Shown here piece by piece: positions 1-9,100 of a stretch of 64,000 nt of DNA. The DNA is from Planctomycetota bacterium (GTDB taxonomy: Bacteria; Planctomycetota; UBA1135). The notes under the pieces are model-generated. The model had not been told where the DNA came from and searched no databases. It saw only the letters and a program-made list of their open reading frames with translations. The stretch covers positions 14,908-78,907 of the forward strand of contig QQUA01000010.1 of NCBI GenBank assembly GCA_008501825.1. Direction: 5' to 3'. The translations under genes and the position numbers were made by a program. The first letter of the stretch is position 1; every line of letters starts with the position of its first letter.

Positions 1-3000
1 CTATCAGCAACCAGGAGCGCGTGGGCAAGGCCCTCGAGCAGCTCAAGGAGGGGCTCGCACCCTTCGTCGACCGTGAGTTCACGAACCTCTACCAGGCGAA
101 AGCCCTGGAGGAGGCGAACCAGTACGTACGCGATCCACGGCAGAAGACCGACCAGCCTTTCGCCGAGTGGGACGCGGCCGCGCTCCTCAAGCTCATGTGG
201 GACGCCTGGCATAACGTCTTCCGCCAAGTTCTCGGCCAGGCGGAGCGTACGCTTGTGAGCGAGCTACGCGATGTTCGGAATCGGTGGGCGCACCAGAAGG
301 CATTCTCGGGGAATGACGCCTACCGTGCCCTCGATTCCATCGCGAGACTTCTGACGGCTGTCTCGGCTCCGCAAGCGAATGAGGCCGAGAAGATGAAGAT
401 GGAGCTACTTCGGCTCCGCTTCGACGAGCAGGTGCGCCACGAGAAACGCAAGAGCGCCGGCACCGCGATCGAGAGCCAGGCCACGGGCCAGCTCAAGCCG
501 TGGCGGGAGATCGCGAACCCTCACAAGGACGTTGCGAGCGGTCGGTACCAGCAGGCCGAGTTCGCAGCGGACCTCTGGCAGGTCCACATCGGCGAGGGTG
601 CCGATGAGTACCGCGACCCCGTCGAGTTCTTCCGGCGCACGTTCCTGACGGAGAGCCTCAAGGGAATGCTCGTCGGTGGCGTGCGGCGCCTCGCGAGTGG
701 AGGAGGGGACCCGGTCGTTCAGCTCCAGACCAACTTCGGGGGCGGCAAGACGCACTCGATGTTGGCGCTCTACCACCTCTTCTCTGGCGTGGCGCCTGGA
801 GAGCTCCCGGGCATCGACGCCGTCCTCCAGGAGGCCGAGGTCAGCAAGCTCCCCCCAGTGAAGCGCGTAGTGCTCGTGGGGAACAAGATCTCCCCAGGCA
901 ACCCCAGCACCAAGGCGGACGGCACGGTCGTGCGCACGTTCTGGGGCGAGCTCGCCTGGCAGCTCGGCGGCAAGGAGGCCTTCGAGCTCGTCCGCGCCGA
1001 CGACGAGAAGGCGACCAGCCCGGGCGACGTGCTTCGCACGCTGTTCAACAAGTACGGTCCCTGCCTCATCCTCATCGACGAGTGGGTGGCCTACGCCCGT
1101 CAGCTCCACGACCAGAGCGATCTTCCGGCAGGGGGCTTCGAGACCCAGTTCTCGTTCGCCCAGGTCCTCACGGAGTCCGCCAAGCTCGCGAACCACTGCC
1201 TGCTCGTGGTGAGCTTGCCCGCGTCGGACACCGCGGGCTCGCCTCACACTCAGGCGGATGACGCCGAGGTCGGAGGGCAGCGCGGCCGCGAAGCCCTCGA
1301 CCGGCTGCGCAACGTCATCGGCCGCGTCGAGTCCTCTTGGCGTCCCGCGAGCGCGGAGGAAGGCTTTGAGATCGTGCGGCGGCGCCTGTTCGAGCCGATG
1401 ACCGACCCGGCGCACTTCAAGGACCGCGACGTCGTCGCGCGAGCGTTCGCGGACCTCTACCGAACGCAGCACCAGGAGTTCCCGCCTGAGTGCCGTGACG
1501 GAGAGTACGAGCGGCGTCTGAAGGCCGCGTACCCGATCCACCCGGAGATCTTCGACCGGCTCTACACGGACTGGTCGACCCTGGTGAAGTTTCAGCGCAC
1601 CCGGGGCGTCCTGCGGCTGATGGCTGCGGTGATCCACAGCCTGTGGGAGAAGGGCGACCGCAACCCGCTCATCATGCCCTCGAACATCTCGATCGACGAT
1701 CCGAGGGTGCAGTTCGAGCTGACGCGCTACCTGTCGGACAACTGGGTGCCCGTCATCGAGAAGGATGTGGATGGACCCAACTCCCTGCCGCTCCAGATCG
1801 ACGGCGACGTGCCCAACCTCGGCAAGTTCGCCGCCTGCCGGCGGGCGGCCCGGACGGTCTACATGGGCTCCGCCCCGACCGCTTCGGCCGCCAACCGCGG
1901 CCTCGAGGACCGGCGCATCAAGCTCGGCTGCGTGATACCTGGCGAGTCGCCGGCAGTGTTCGGGGACGCGCTCAGGCGCCTCGCCGGCGCGGCGACCTAC
2001 CTCTACCAGGACGGACCCCGCTACTGGTACTCGACGCAGCCCACCGTCACGAAGCTGGCCGAGGATCGAGCCGAGCAGCTCAAGCGCGACCCGGACGCGG
2101 TCGCGCAGGCGCTCGACGAGCGGCTTCGTTCGGACCTCCGCGAGACAGGCGACTTCGTGCGCGTTCACCCGCTGCCACAGACCGGACAGGACGTGCCGGA
2201 CGACCTGGATTGCCGCCTGGTCGTGCTGGGGATCGACCATCCCTACAGCAAGGAGGCGGGCAACGCGGCCGAGACCGCGGCGAAGGCGATCCTCGAGTCG
2301 CGCGGGAGCGCTCCGCGGCTCTTCCGAAACACCCTCATGTTCCTCGCGGTGGACAAGACGCGCCTCCAGGACCTCGACGAGGCCGTCCGGCGTCACCTGG
2401 CATGGAAGTCGATCGTCGAGGAGAGCGAGACGCTCAACCTCGACCCGCACCAGCTCAAGCAGGCGGAGTCGCAGTGCAAGGCAGCCGCGAGCACGGTCAC
2501 GGCGCGCATCCCCGAGGCCTACCAGTGGCTCCTGATCCCGACCCAGGCGACGCCCCAGTCTGCCGTCGAGTGGCAGGCGTCCAGGCTCACAGGCCAGGAG
2601 CCGCTCGCCGAGCGGGCCAGCAAGAAGGTCCGCGGCGATCAGCTCTACACCAGCTTCGCCGCGACCTTGCTGAGGATGGAGATGGACCGCGTGCCCCTGT
2701 GGCGCGAGGACCACGTCTCCGTGAAGCAGCTCGTGGAGGACTTCGCGCGCTACCTCTACCTCCCGCGCCTGCGCAACACCGACATCCTGCTCGACGCGAT
2801 CCGAGATGGCGTCACCCTGATCACCTGGGAGCAGGACTCCTTCGCCTTCGCCGACAGCTACGACGAAGACTCCGGGCGCTACCGCGGCCTGCGCAGGTGT
2901 CAGGGGATCACCCTGCCCGACGCCGAGACCCCGGGCCTTCTCGTGCGTCCGGAGGTCGCTCGAAAGCAGTTCGACGAGGAGGCGGCGGCCGCCGCGGGCG

Positions 3001-3359
3001 CCACCGTCGGAGGTACTGGGGCCGCGACCGGCGGCGACGGCACGAACGGCAATGGTGGGGGAGGGGAGTCCACCACGGAGATCGACGATGGCACAGGGAC
3101 GGCGGTCGATACCGGCCCCACCAAGCCGAAGCGCTTCCACGGAAGCGTCGAGCTCGACTCCACCCGCGTTGGACGAGATGCCAGCCGCATCGCCGACGAG
3201 GTCCTCTCCCACCTCTCTGGCTTGGTTGGATCGAACCTGCGCGTGACGCTCGAGGTCGAAGCGGAGATCCCGGATGGCGCTTCCGAGAACGTCGTCCGCA
3301 CCGTCACCGAGAACAGCCGCACGTTGAAGTTCACGTCGCACGGCTTCGAACTCGAGTAG
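1..3359 (+). CDS. DUF499-family AAA+ ATPase with N-terminal Swt1-like HEPN domain (true start probably a few nt before the window)
   Basis: Walker A TNFGGGKTHS, Walker B LILIDE, HEPN-type RNRWAH (RxxxxH), and DUF499-typical AYPIHPE and FQRTRGVLRL. The frame is open to the window edge (…ISNQERVGKAL). Confidence 0.9.
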   Translation, partial: ISNQERVGKALEQLKEGLAPFVDREFTNLYQAKALEEANQYVRDPRQKTDQPFAEWDAAALLKLMWDAWHNVFRQVLGQAERTLVSELRDVRNRWAHQKAFSGNDAYRALDSIARLLTAVSAPQANEAEKMKMELLRLRFDEQVRHEKRKSAGTAIESQATGQLKPWREIANPHKDVASGRYQQAEFAADLWQVHIGEGADEYRDPVEFFRRTFLTESLKGMLVGGVRRLASGGGDPVVQLQTNFGGGKTHSMLALYHLFSGVAPGELPGIDAVLQEAEVSKLPPVKRVVLVGNKISPGNPSTKADGTVVRTFWGELAWQLGGKEAFELVRADDEKATSPGDVLRTLFNKYGPCLILIDEWVAYARQLHDQSDLPAGGFETQFSFAQVLTESAKLANHCLLVVSLPASDTAGSPHTQADDAEVGGQRGREALDRLRNVIGRVESSWRPASAEEGFEIVRRRLFEPMTDPAHFKDRDVVARAFADLYRTQHQEFPPECRDGEYERRLKAAYPIHPEIFDRLYTDWSTLVKFQRTRGVLRLMAAVIHSLWEKGDRNPLIMPSNISIDDPRVQFELTRYLSDNWVPVIEKDVDGPNSLPLQIDGDVPNLGKFAACRRAARTVYMGSAPTASAANRGLEDRRIKLGCVIPGESPAVFGDALRRLAGAATYLYQDGPRYWYSTQPTVTKLAEDRAEQLKRDPDAVAQALDERLRSDLRETGDFVRVHPLPQTGQDVPDDLDCRLVVLGIDHPYSKEAGNAAETAAKAILESRGSAPRLFRNTLMFLAVDKTRLQDLDEAVRRHLAWKSIVEESETLNLDPHQLKQAESQCKAAASTVTARIPEAYQWLLIPTQATPQSAVEWQASRLTGQEPLAERASKKVRGDQLYTSFAATLLRMEMDRVPLWREDHVSVKQLVEDFARYLYLPRLRNTDILLDAIRDGVTLITWEQDSFAFADSYDEDSGRYRGLRRCQGITLPDAETPGLLVRPEVARKQFDEEAAAAAGATVGGTGAATGGDGTNGNGGGGESTTEIDDGTGTAVDTGPTKPKRFHGSVELDSTRVGRDASRIADEVLSHLSGLVGSNLRVTLEVEAEIPDGASENVVRTVTENSRTLKFTSHGFELE

Positions 3360-3449
3360 CCGCGAAGACAGCCCCCTACGCCTGCCCTTCGGATGTCGCC
3401 CTGCGCCGTCCGGGGTTGCGGTGGGGTCGCCAGTCGCTCCTTTCGTCAG

Positions 3450-3591
3450 TGGCGGGTTGAACTCGTGCGCTGATCCTGGCGTGGCCGCTCACGGCGCAAG
3501 GGCCCGTGTTGTCGCTGCGCTCCTGCCCGCGCCAAACCCTTGTCGCCGCTCCCGTTGGTCCACGCCTCTTGGCCAGGCACATCAACCGCCA
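3450..3591 (+). promoter_or_regulatory. Long imperfect nested inverted repeat; candidate ssDNA (Frpo/ssi-like) promoter or structured leader
   Basis: Nested arms: TGGCGGGTTGA/TCAACCGCCA, GGCGTGGCC/GGTCCACGCC and CGGCGCAAGGG/CCCTTGTCGCCG. It ends just before the AAGGAG RBS of the 3609 gene. Confidence 0.5.
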
Positions 3592-3608
3592 ACAAAAGGA
3601 GCAAGACC

Positions 3609-3857
3609 ATGGCGAACAACAAACCCACCGAAACCCTCCGCGACGGCAGCCTCAAGGCGACCATCTGGAAGAACGACGGCGAGAAGGGACCCTTCTTCAG
3701 CGTCAGCCTCACTCGGATCTACACCGACGCCGCCGGCAACTACCACGACAGCGACAGCTTCAGCGGCTCCGAGCTGCTCCGCATCGCTCACCTGGCCTCC
3801 CGCGCCTACGACCGCATCGCCGATCTCCGGCAGGCCGAGGCCAATCGCCCCGCCTGA
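3609..3857 (+). CDS. Small hypothetical protein of mobile-element type (82 aa)
   Basis: AAGGAG RBS; MANNKPTETLRDGSLKATIWKN…YHDSDSF; strong GC3 codon bias. Confidence 0.8.
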   Translation: MANNKPTETLRDGSLKATIWKNDGEKGPFFSVSLTRIYTDAAGNYHDSDSFSGSELLRIAHLASRAYDRIADLRQAEANRPA

Positions 3858-3999
3858 GGCGTCACGGGGGCCCGTCACGGGATGCGGCGGGCCCTCTTCT
3901 CTTCGGCCAGCGCGTGTGCCCCCGAGACGCGCAGAAGTTGACACCGCTCTTCGATTCGTGCGACGGTCGCCAGGTTTATGGCAACCGAAGGAGGAGAAG

Positions 4000-4356
4000 A
4001 TGTTGCACACGAAGAGGCGGTGGGGGATCGCGCCATGTGAAGACGCCGACGAGCTCGCGGCGAAGTTGACCGAGCACACCTGGACCCTGTGCTCGGCGTT
4101 CCGAACCGCCCACGGGACGGTCTGGGCCAACGACTCGACCTGCGAGGACGCGCTCCAGGAGTACGGCGTCCTGCGTCGTGGAGAAGACGGCGCTTGGCGC
4201 CAGGTGGAGACCATCACCGTGAGCTGGTGCAGCCGCGAGAAGCTGCGGCTCTACATCGACCAGGCCGACGCCGGCGTCTTCGACGCGGCGACCCTGGCCC
4301 AAGTCCCGGCCGAGCGGCTCGAGGAGCCGCACGCAACGTGCGCGCTCTGCGCGTAG
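4000..4356 (+). CDS. Hypothetical protein (118 aa)
   Basis: GGAGGAG RBS before ATG at 4000; MLHTKRRWG…HTWTLCSAF…; C-terminal CxxC; coding-like bias. Confidence 0.8.
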   Translation: MLHTKRRWGIAPCEDADELAAKLTEHTWTLCSAFRTAHGTVWANDSTCEDALQEYGVLRRGEDGAWRQVETITVSWCSREKLRLYIDQADAGVFDAATLAQVPAERLEEPHATCALCA

Positions 4357-4370
4357 CCCCTGGACGAAGA

Positions 4371-4401
4371 AGGGCCGGCACCGCTCGCAAGCGCCGGCCC
4401 T
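4371..4401. terminator. Stem-loop between convergent genes
   Basis: AGGGCCGGC…GCCGGCCCT, a 9-bp stem directly after the stop at 4356; no clear U-tract. Confidence 0.4.
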
Positions 4402-4534
4402 GGGGGAACATTCGTTCCGAGGGAGAGAGGAACGTCAGGCTACTGCACGATCCCTCGGAGCACCACTTTTGGCCCCGGGAGCCGGGCTCCGATGGGCAAA
4501 TCATGCCTTCCGTGAGGTCGCCCCGCGATCGTCG

Positions 4535-5155
4535 TCATTGGTCGAGTGACGCCTCGATCGACGAGAGCCGGGCGTCTAGCTCCGCACTGAGCTGCGCGAC
4601 CGGCAAGGGTTGGGCTTTCTCCAACAGACGAGCGAGTAGCGGGCTGTCGTCGCGCAACTCGCTCAACACCAGGGGCGAGCCAGCGAACCGCTCGGCGACA
4701 AGCAGGTACGAACACGAGAACGCCAAGTCGTAGCGAAGTGACGCGGCTGCCCTCGTGGGTTCATCCTTCACCCCCTCAAGGCAGCAGCGGGCTCGCTCCA
4801 GGTTGTAGCGCCGAATGTCGGCGGCGGGTGCTGTCCCGATCAGTGCGCGGAGCCGCTCGAGGTCTCCATGAGGGTCTAGCACAGCGGTACCCGTCAGAAT
4901 GCCCTCGACGAGGACGGCGTCGTGCAGGCCCAGGCGCGTCGCGAGCTCGTCGACGCCGACAACAAAGACATCCCACGGCCACTCGTAGAAGGTCGTGGGA
5001 GGGGTGGGGGACTCGGTCCAGGCCAGGATGTCGCGATCACTCTCCGGACGTCGAGATCCATACGCGACCGCGCCGCGACATGGCCAGGCCTGCCGCTCTG
5101 AGAGAAACGCTTCGAGGTCCGCCGCCAGCTCAGGGCCGTGGCTTCGACCCGTCAC
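4535..5155 (-). CDS. Pol-beta-superfamily nucleotidyltransferase domain protein with helical C-terminal region
   Basis: YGS…SDRD (GS…DxD) motif with a downstream Asp in WDVFVV; overlaps the upstream HTH gene. Confidence 0.6.
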   Translation of the reverse strand: MTGRSHGPELAADLEAFLSERQAWPCRGAVAYGSRRPESDRDILAWTESPTPPTTFYEWPWDVFVVGVDELATRLGLHDAVLVEGILTGTAVLDPHGDLERLRALIGTAPAADIRRYNLERARCCLEGVKDEPTRAAASLRYDLAFSCSYLLVAERFAGSPLVLSELRDDSPLLARLLEKAQPLPVAQLSAELDARLSSIEASLDQ

Positions 5156-5357
5156 CGTGCCACCGAAAGGCCTGGTCCTGCGCCAAGTCGTTCAGCTTGG
5201 TCTGGATCTTGTAAGGGGCGAACGACTGCCCACCCTCGTAGCGCTGAACCTGCTTCTCACGCAGCCCCAGCGTCTGTCCGAACTCAAGCTGGGTCTGATC
5301 TAGGGACTGCCGAAAGCCACGGATGGCATCCGGGCCCCACAGCATCGGCACCGACAT
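5130..5357 (-). CDS. XRE/Cro-type helix-turn-helix protein
   Basis: IRGFRQSLDQTQLEFGQTLGLREKQVQRYEGG matches the XRE HTH pattern. Confidence 0.8.
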   Translation of the reverse strand: MSVPMLWGPDAIRGFRQSLDQTQLEFGQTLGLREKQVQRYEGGQSFAPYKIQTKLNDLAQDQAFRWHGDGSKPRP

Positions 5358-5444
5358 GCAGAGAGCCTCCTTGGAGGGGGTCCTTGGTTTTGATGGAGCC
5401 CCGTCTTGATGGCGGGGGACTCCTCGTGTACGGTCTCAAGAAGT

Positions 5445-5463
5445 CCGGACATCTGATGTCCGG
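5445..5463. promoter_or_regulatory. Perfect palindrome; candidate operator between divergent genes
   Basis: CCGGACATC-T-GATGTCCGG. Confidence 0.55.
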
Positions 5464-5498
5464 TTCGTGAGTCTACCACCGGAACCTGGAGCGCTGCA

Positions 5499-5783
5499 AT
5501 GACCACCCCTTCCTTCTCCGGCGGAGGCCGGAGCCTCGAATCGATCCTGGAGTCCAACCAGTCGTCGTTCATCCCCGTGGACCGGACCGACGACAGCTAC
5601 CTCACGTCTGGCGAGAGCTTCGACATGAGCCAGCTCGGCCGTGGCGGGGGACAGCCCCTGAAGATCTTCCCCGTCGCCGGCCAGGCCGACCACCCCATCG
5701 GTGGCTTCAGCGGCCACAAGGACGTGATCGAGCGCCTCGACACGGGCGAGATCGTGAAGTTCCGCCTTCCGTACGAGCGGTAG
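5499..5783 (+). CDS. Small hypothetical protein (94 aa)
   Basis: GGAG upstream, strong GC3 bias, followed by a terminator. Confidence 0.75.
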   Translation: MTTPSFSGGGRSLESILESNQSSFIPVDRTDDSYLTSGESFDMSQLGRGGGQPLKIFPVAGQADHPIGGFSGHKDVIERLDTGEIVKFRLPYER

Positions 5784-5828
5784 CGAGCCGCTCCCGGAGC
5801 CGGTCTCTGGAACGAGCCGGACACGAAC

Positions 5829-5862
5829 GGCCCGCAGCCTGTCGAAGGCTGCGGGCCTTTCT
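5829..5862 (+). terminator. Rho-independent terminator
   Basis: 12-bp perfect stem GGCCCGCAGCCT/AGGCTGCGGGCC followed by TTTCT. Confidence 0.7.
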
Positions 5863-5872
5863 CGTAGGTAGT

Positions 5873-6034
5873 TCAGCGCTTCGGGTGCGGGAACCGTCGC
5901 CGACGCGGCGACTTGAACTTCGGCTTGTACTTGGCCTTGAACCGCCGACGGGCGTGTAGGGCCTTCGGTTTCGGCTCCTTCCACCGCGGTGACAGGCTCG
6001 AGGCCTCGAACTGAGCGGTGAGCGTTCCGTACAT
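5873..6034 (-). CDS. Small, very basic peptide (53 aa), possibly translationally coupled to the RadC gene
   Basis: Its ATG overlaps the upstream TGA stop by one base (TGATG); K/R-rich C-terminal half. Confidence 0.4.
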   Translation of the reverse strand: MYGTLTAQFEASSLSPRWKEPKPKALHARRRFKAKYKPKFKSPRRRRFPHPKR

Positions 6035-7314
6035 CAGGCCGGCCCTGCGGGCTCGGCGGCGTCGGGCAGCGGCCGGTAGGGGGCGAGGCCGAGGCAGCGC
6101 TCGGCGAGCTCGCGGTGGTAGGTGCCGGCGGTCACAGTCTCGTCCCACCAGTCCTCGCCCTGCCGCTCGAGCACCTCGTCGATGTCCTGCATGAGGCCGC
6201 GACAGATCGTGGTGAGCTCGTTCTCGGCGACGCGGTTGGCTTCGGGCGCTGTGGCTACGGCCGTGCGAGGAAGCGTCTGGCTGCCGCCGAGGTTCGCGGC
6301 GTAGAACCGGCTCGAAGGCCCGACGATGATCGAATCGAGCACCGGGATGCCGAGCAGCTCGCCGGCGTGTTCGAGCCGGTCCTTGACGGCGTTGTCCTCG
6401 GGTGACGGCTCCACGTTTCCGGAGGGGTGGTTGTGGCCGATGATGAGCGCGGCCGCGTTGGCGAGGACCGCCGCTTTGAAAACCTCGCGGGGGTGAACCA
6501 GCGTCGTCTGCGCGGTCCCGCGCGAGACGATGTGCGCGTGGGTGATCCGGTGCTTGTTGTCCAGCAGGAGCACCGCGAAGTGCTCGCGGTCCGCCTCGCC
6601 GACCAGGTCGTAGAAGATGGATGCCGCAGCGGCCGGCGTGGCGACCGTCCCAAACTCGGCCGCAAGCCCGGTCGCCTCGAGCCGGGTCTCGATCACCCGG
6701 ATACCCGGCCGCTCGAGAGGAGAGAGTGCGCGGTGAGCAGGCCCCTTGTCGGCATCCGCGTTGAACTCTTCCGTGTTCTCCCGAACAGCAGGCCCATCCG
6801 GTTCGTCACTCTGACGTGCGACGAGCACGTGGGTCTCGCACTTCGGACACCAGCCCTTGTCCCCGTCCTTTTCGGGGCTCGCTTCGGCATCAAGTTCCCA
6901 ACGACGCTTGTCGTCGATGTCGTTCGCGGCGACCCACACAGGAAAGCAGAGCTGCACGTCGGTCGATCCGCACTCGGGGCAGGCGTAGAGGCATCCGTGC
7001 CCACTGCTAATGGACCGCCTTCCCTCGTGGGCGGCGAAACCGTCCGGTCCTTCGCGTAGCCGCTCGATGTCCTCGCGGACCTTGCTCAGCGGTTGCGGGC
7101 GGAAGTGAAGGTCTCGCTCGATCCGAAGCCCGTGGGGCCCTTCGATGGCCTCGAGCTCCGCGAGGTTGAAGTAGCCGAGCTCGACCTCGTGGCCGCAGAC
7201 GAGCCCGAAGCAGGTTTCCTGACCATCGAACTCGGTCACGAACCAGGTCCACGTTGTCCAAGGCGTGAAGAGCTTGGCGTGGACGATCGGGTCGGCGGCG
7301 TCCTCGGTGGCGTA
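6034..7314 (-). pseudogene. 3' part of an interrupted DUF2958 - Zn-ribbon - RadC (JAB/MPN) fusion gene
   Basis: YATED…KLFTPWTTWTWFVTEFDG…ELGYF (DUF2958-like), CPECG…CPKC, and RadC motifs DREHF, VHPREVF, HNHPSG. The 5' end is cut at the tRNA fragment; the missing start lies at 23731-23820. Confidence 0.85.
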
Positions 7315-7315
7315 G

Positions 7316-7360
<45 letters not shown>

Positions 7361-7489
7361 TCTCTTCCAGGCCTACAATCAGGCCTGACGGTGTCGATGG
7401 GCGGCTTCGCCCAACCTGCGCGTCGATTGCGACCTGGCAGTGCGACCCAAGTTTCCATGGTAACGACCATGGTTCCGGGACACGCAGCC

Positions 7490-8680
7490 ATGAAACGACG
7501 CAAGAACGGTGAGCCGCCGGTGCTCAAGCGCAGCAACAAGGGGGGCGCCTACGCCTACGTAGGGAACCGCCAGAGGTGGTTCGGGAGCTACGACGACCCC
7601 GAGACGCACAAGCGATTCGGTCACTTCCTCCAGATGTGGGAGGTCAACGGTGGGCAGCCGCCGCCGGAGGCCGAGCCTGGACCACAGATCACTTGTGAGA
7701 CTCTCGTCGCTCTCTACCTCGCTCACTGTGAGACGCACTACCGCCGGCCAGACGGGAGGCCGACAGGGGAATCGCAGCAGGTGGCCTACACGGCGAAACC
7801 TCTGCTGCACCTCTACAGAGAGCTTCCCGCCAGGAGTTTCAGCATCCACTGCTTGAAGCGCGTCCGCGCGGCCATGGTCGATTCTGGCCTCAGCCGGAAG
7901 ACCGTCAATCAGCGTGTCTGGCGAATCCGGCGGATGTTCCGATGGGCGGCGGAGGAAGAGCTCATCTCACCCGAGGTGCTGGCATCGCTCGCCGTTCTAC
8001 GATCTCTTCAGGAAGGCCGCACAACCGCGCACGAGACCGATGCGGTGACCGCTGTGTCAGAGGAGCACTTCCTTGCTGTTCTTCCGTACCTCCGGACACC
8101 AGTTCGAGCGATGGTTGAGCTTCAGTGGTGGACGGGCGCAAGGCCGGGCGAGGTCAGGGAGTTCAGGCTTGCCTATCTGAGTCGAACTGACGAATCCGTC
8201 TGGCTGTACGCACCGCCCCAGCACAAGACCCGGCATCGCGCCAAGGAAAGATGGCTCGGTATCGGACCAAAGAGCCAAGAGGTGCTCAGGCCGTTCCTGA
8301 TGAGAGTCCCTCGACCCGATCCGGACAAGCCCCTCTTCTCACCGGGCGATGCGATGGAGGAGCGGCATCGTCTAGCCCGCACAAGAGGGAACGGGGGCCG
8401 GAAGGCGAGACGAGATCAGGTCGGACGTACCAAGCAGCAGTTTGCCGAGCAGTACTCTCGGTCTTCCTATCGCCATGCCATTCAGCGCGCTTGTCGCGCG
8501 GCCGGTATACCTGTATGGACGCCGCACCAGCTGCGCCACAGTGCAGCCACGCGAGTAGAATCCGCCCTCGGGAAGGAACAGGCGCGCATCGTCCTCAACC
8601 ACTCGTCTCTGGATGCCACCGAGGTCTACCTTGACAGAGACATTCGCCAGGCTCTTCAGGTCATGAAGGAGCTCGGCTAA
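7490..8680 (+). CDS. Tyrosine recombinase/integrase
   Basis: TGARPGE, HKT, HQLRHSAAT, LNHS…TEVY catalytic set; alternative start at 7457. Confidence 0.93.
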   Translation: MKRRKNGEPPVLKRSNKGGAYAYVGNRQRWFGSYDDPETHKRFGHFLQMWEVNGGQPPPEAEPGPQITCETLVALYLAHCETHYRRPDGRPTGESQQVAYTAKPLLHLYRELPARSFSIHCLKRVRAAMVDSGLSRKTVNQRVWRIRRMFRWAAEEELISPEVLASLAVLRSLQEGRTTAHETDAVTAVSEEHFLAVLPYLRTPVRAMVELQWWTGARPGEVREFRLAYLSRTDESVWLYAPPQHKTRHRAKERWLGIGPKSQEVLRPFLMRVPRPDPDKPLFSPGDAMEERHRLARTRGNGGRKARRDQVGRTKQQFAEQYSRSSYRHAIQRACRAAGIPVWTPHQLRHSAATRVESALGKEQARIVLNHSSLDATEVYLDRDIRQALQVMKELG

Positions 8681-8831
8681 CCTCGCCACTCGATGGAGTC
8701 CTTCCTTAGATCCCGGCCGCCAGTTCGGAGCCATCTGCTCGTGTCCGAGCAGGAGACGGCATGCCAGGCGCCCAACCAGGGGCCGTGGCTCGCGTACCCC
8801 CTGTCGTGGTCGGCGATCCCCTGGCTCCCGC

Positions 8832-9089
8832 ATGACGATGTCGGCAAAACAGCGCAGGCATCTCGGGAGCCAGGCATTGCAGGAAGGGGGTCGCTTGGCT
8901 GCCGCTAGGAAGCAAGGTCAGCAGCAAGCTGCTGCCACCAGGATTGCGTTCGAGCGATTCCTTCAAGGTCGCAAGCTTGAGCTCCCTGAGAAGGAACGCG
9001 AGAGCCTCGAGAAGACGGTGATGCAATCGGCGCTGGACAAGCAAATCGTGGCAACCTCGTCCTCGCCGACATCACGCGTGACGTCCTGA
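8832..9089 (+). CDS. Small hypothetical protein
   Basis: ATG ORF between the integrase and the ParB-like gene, same strand; helical composition. Confidence 0.45.
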   Translation: MTMSAKQRRHLGSQALQEGGRLAAARKQGQQQAAATRIAFERFLQGRKLELPEKERESLEKTVMQSALDKQIVATSSSPTSRVTS

Positions 9090-9100
9090 ACACTGCTCTG

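Noticed and set aside
405-3341. 978-aa antisense ORF and 605-aa shifted ORF (1643-3460) over the DUF499 gene
   Set aside because: Shadow ORFs expected from high GC3 codon bias; they carry no recognisable motifs.
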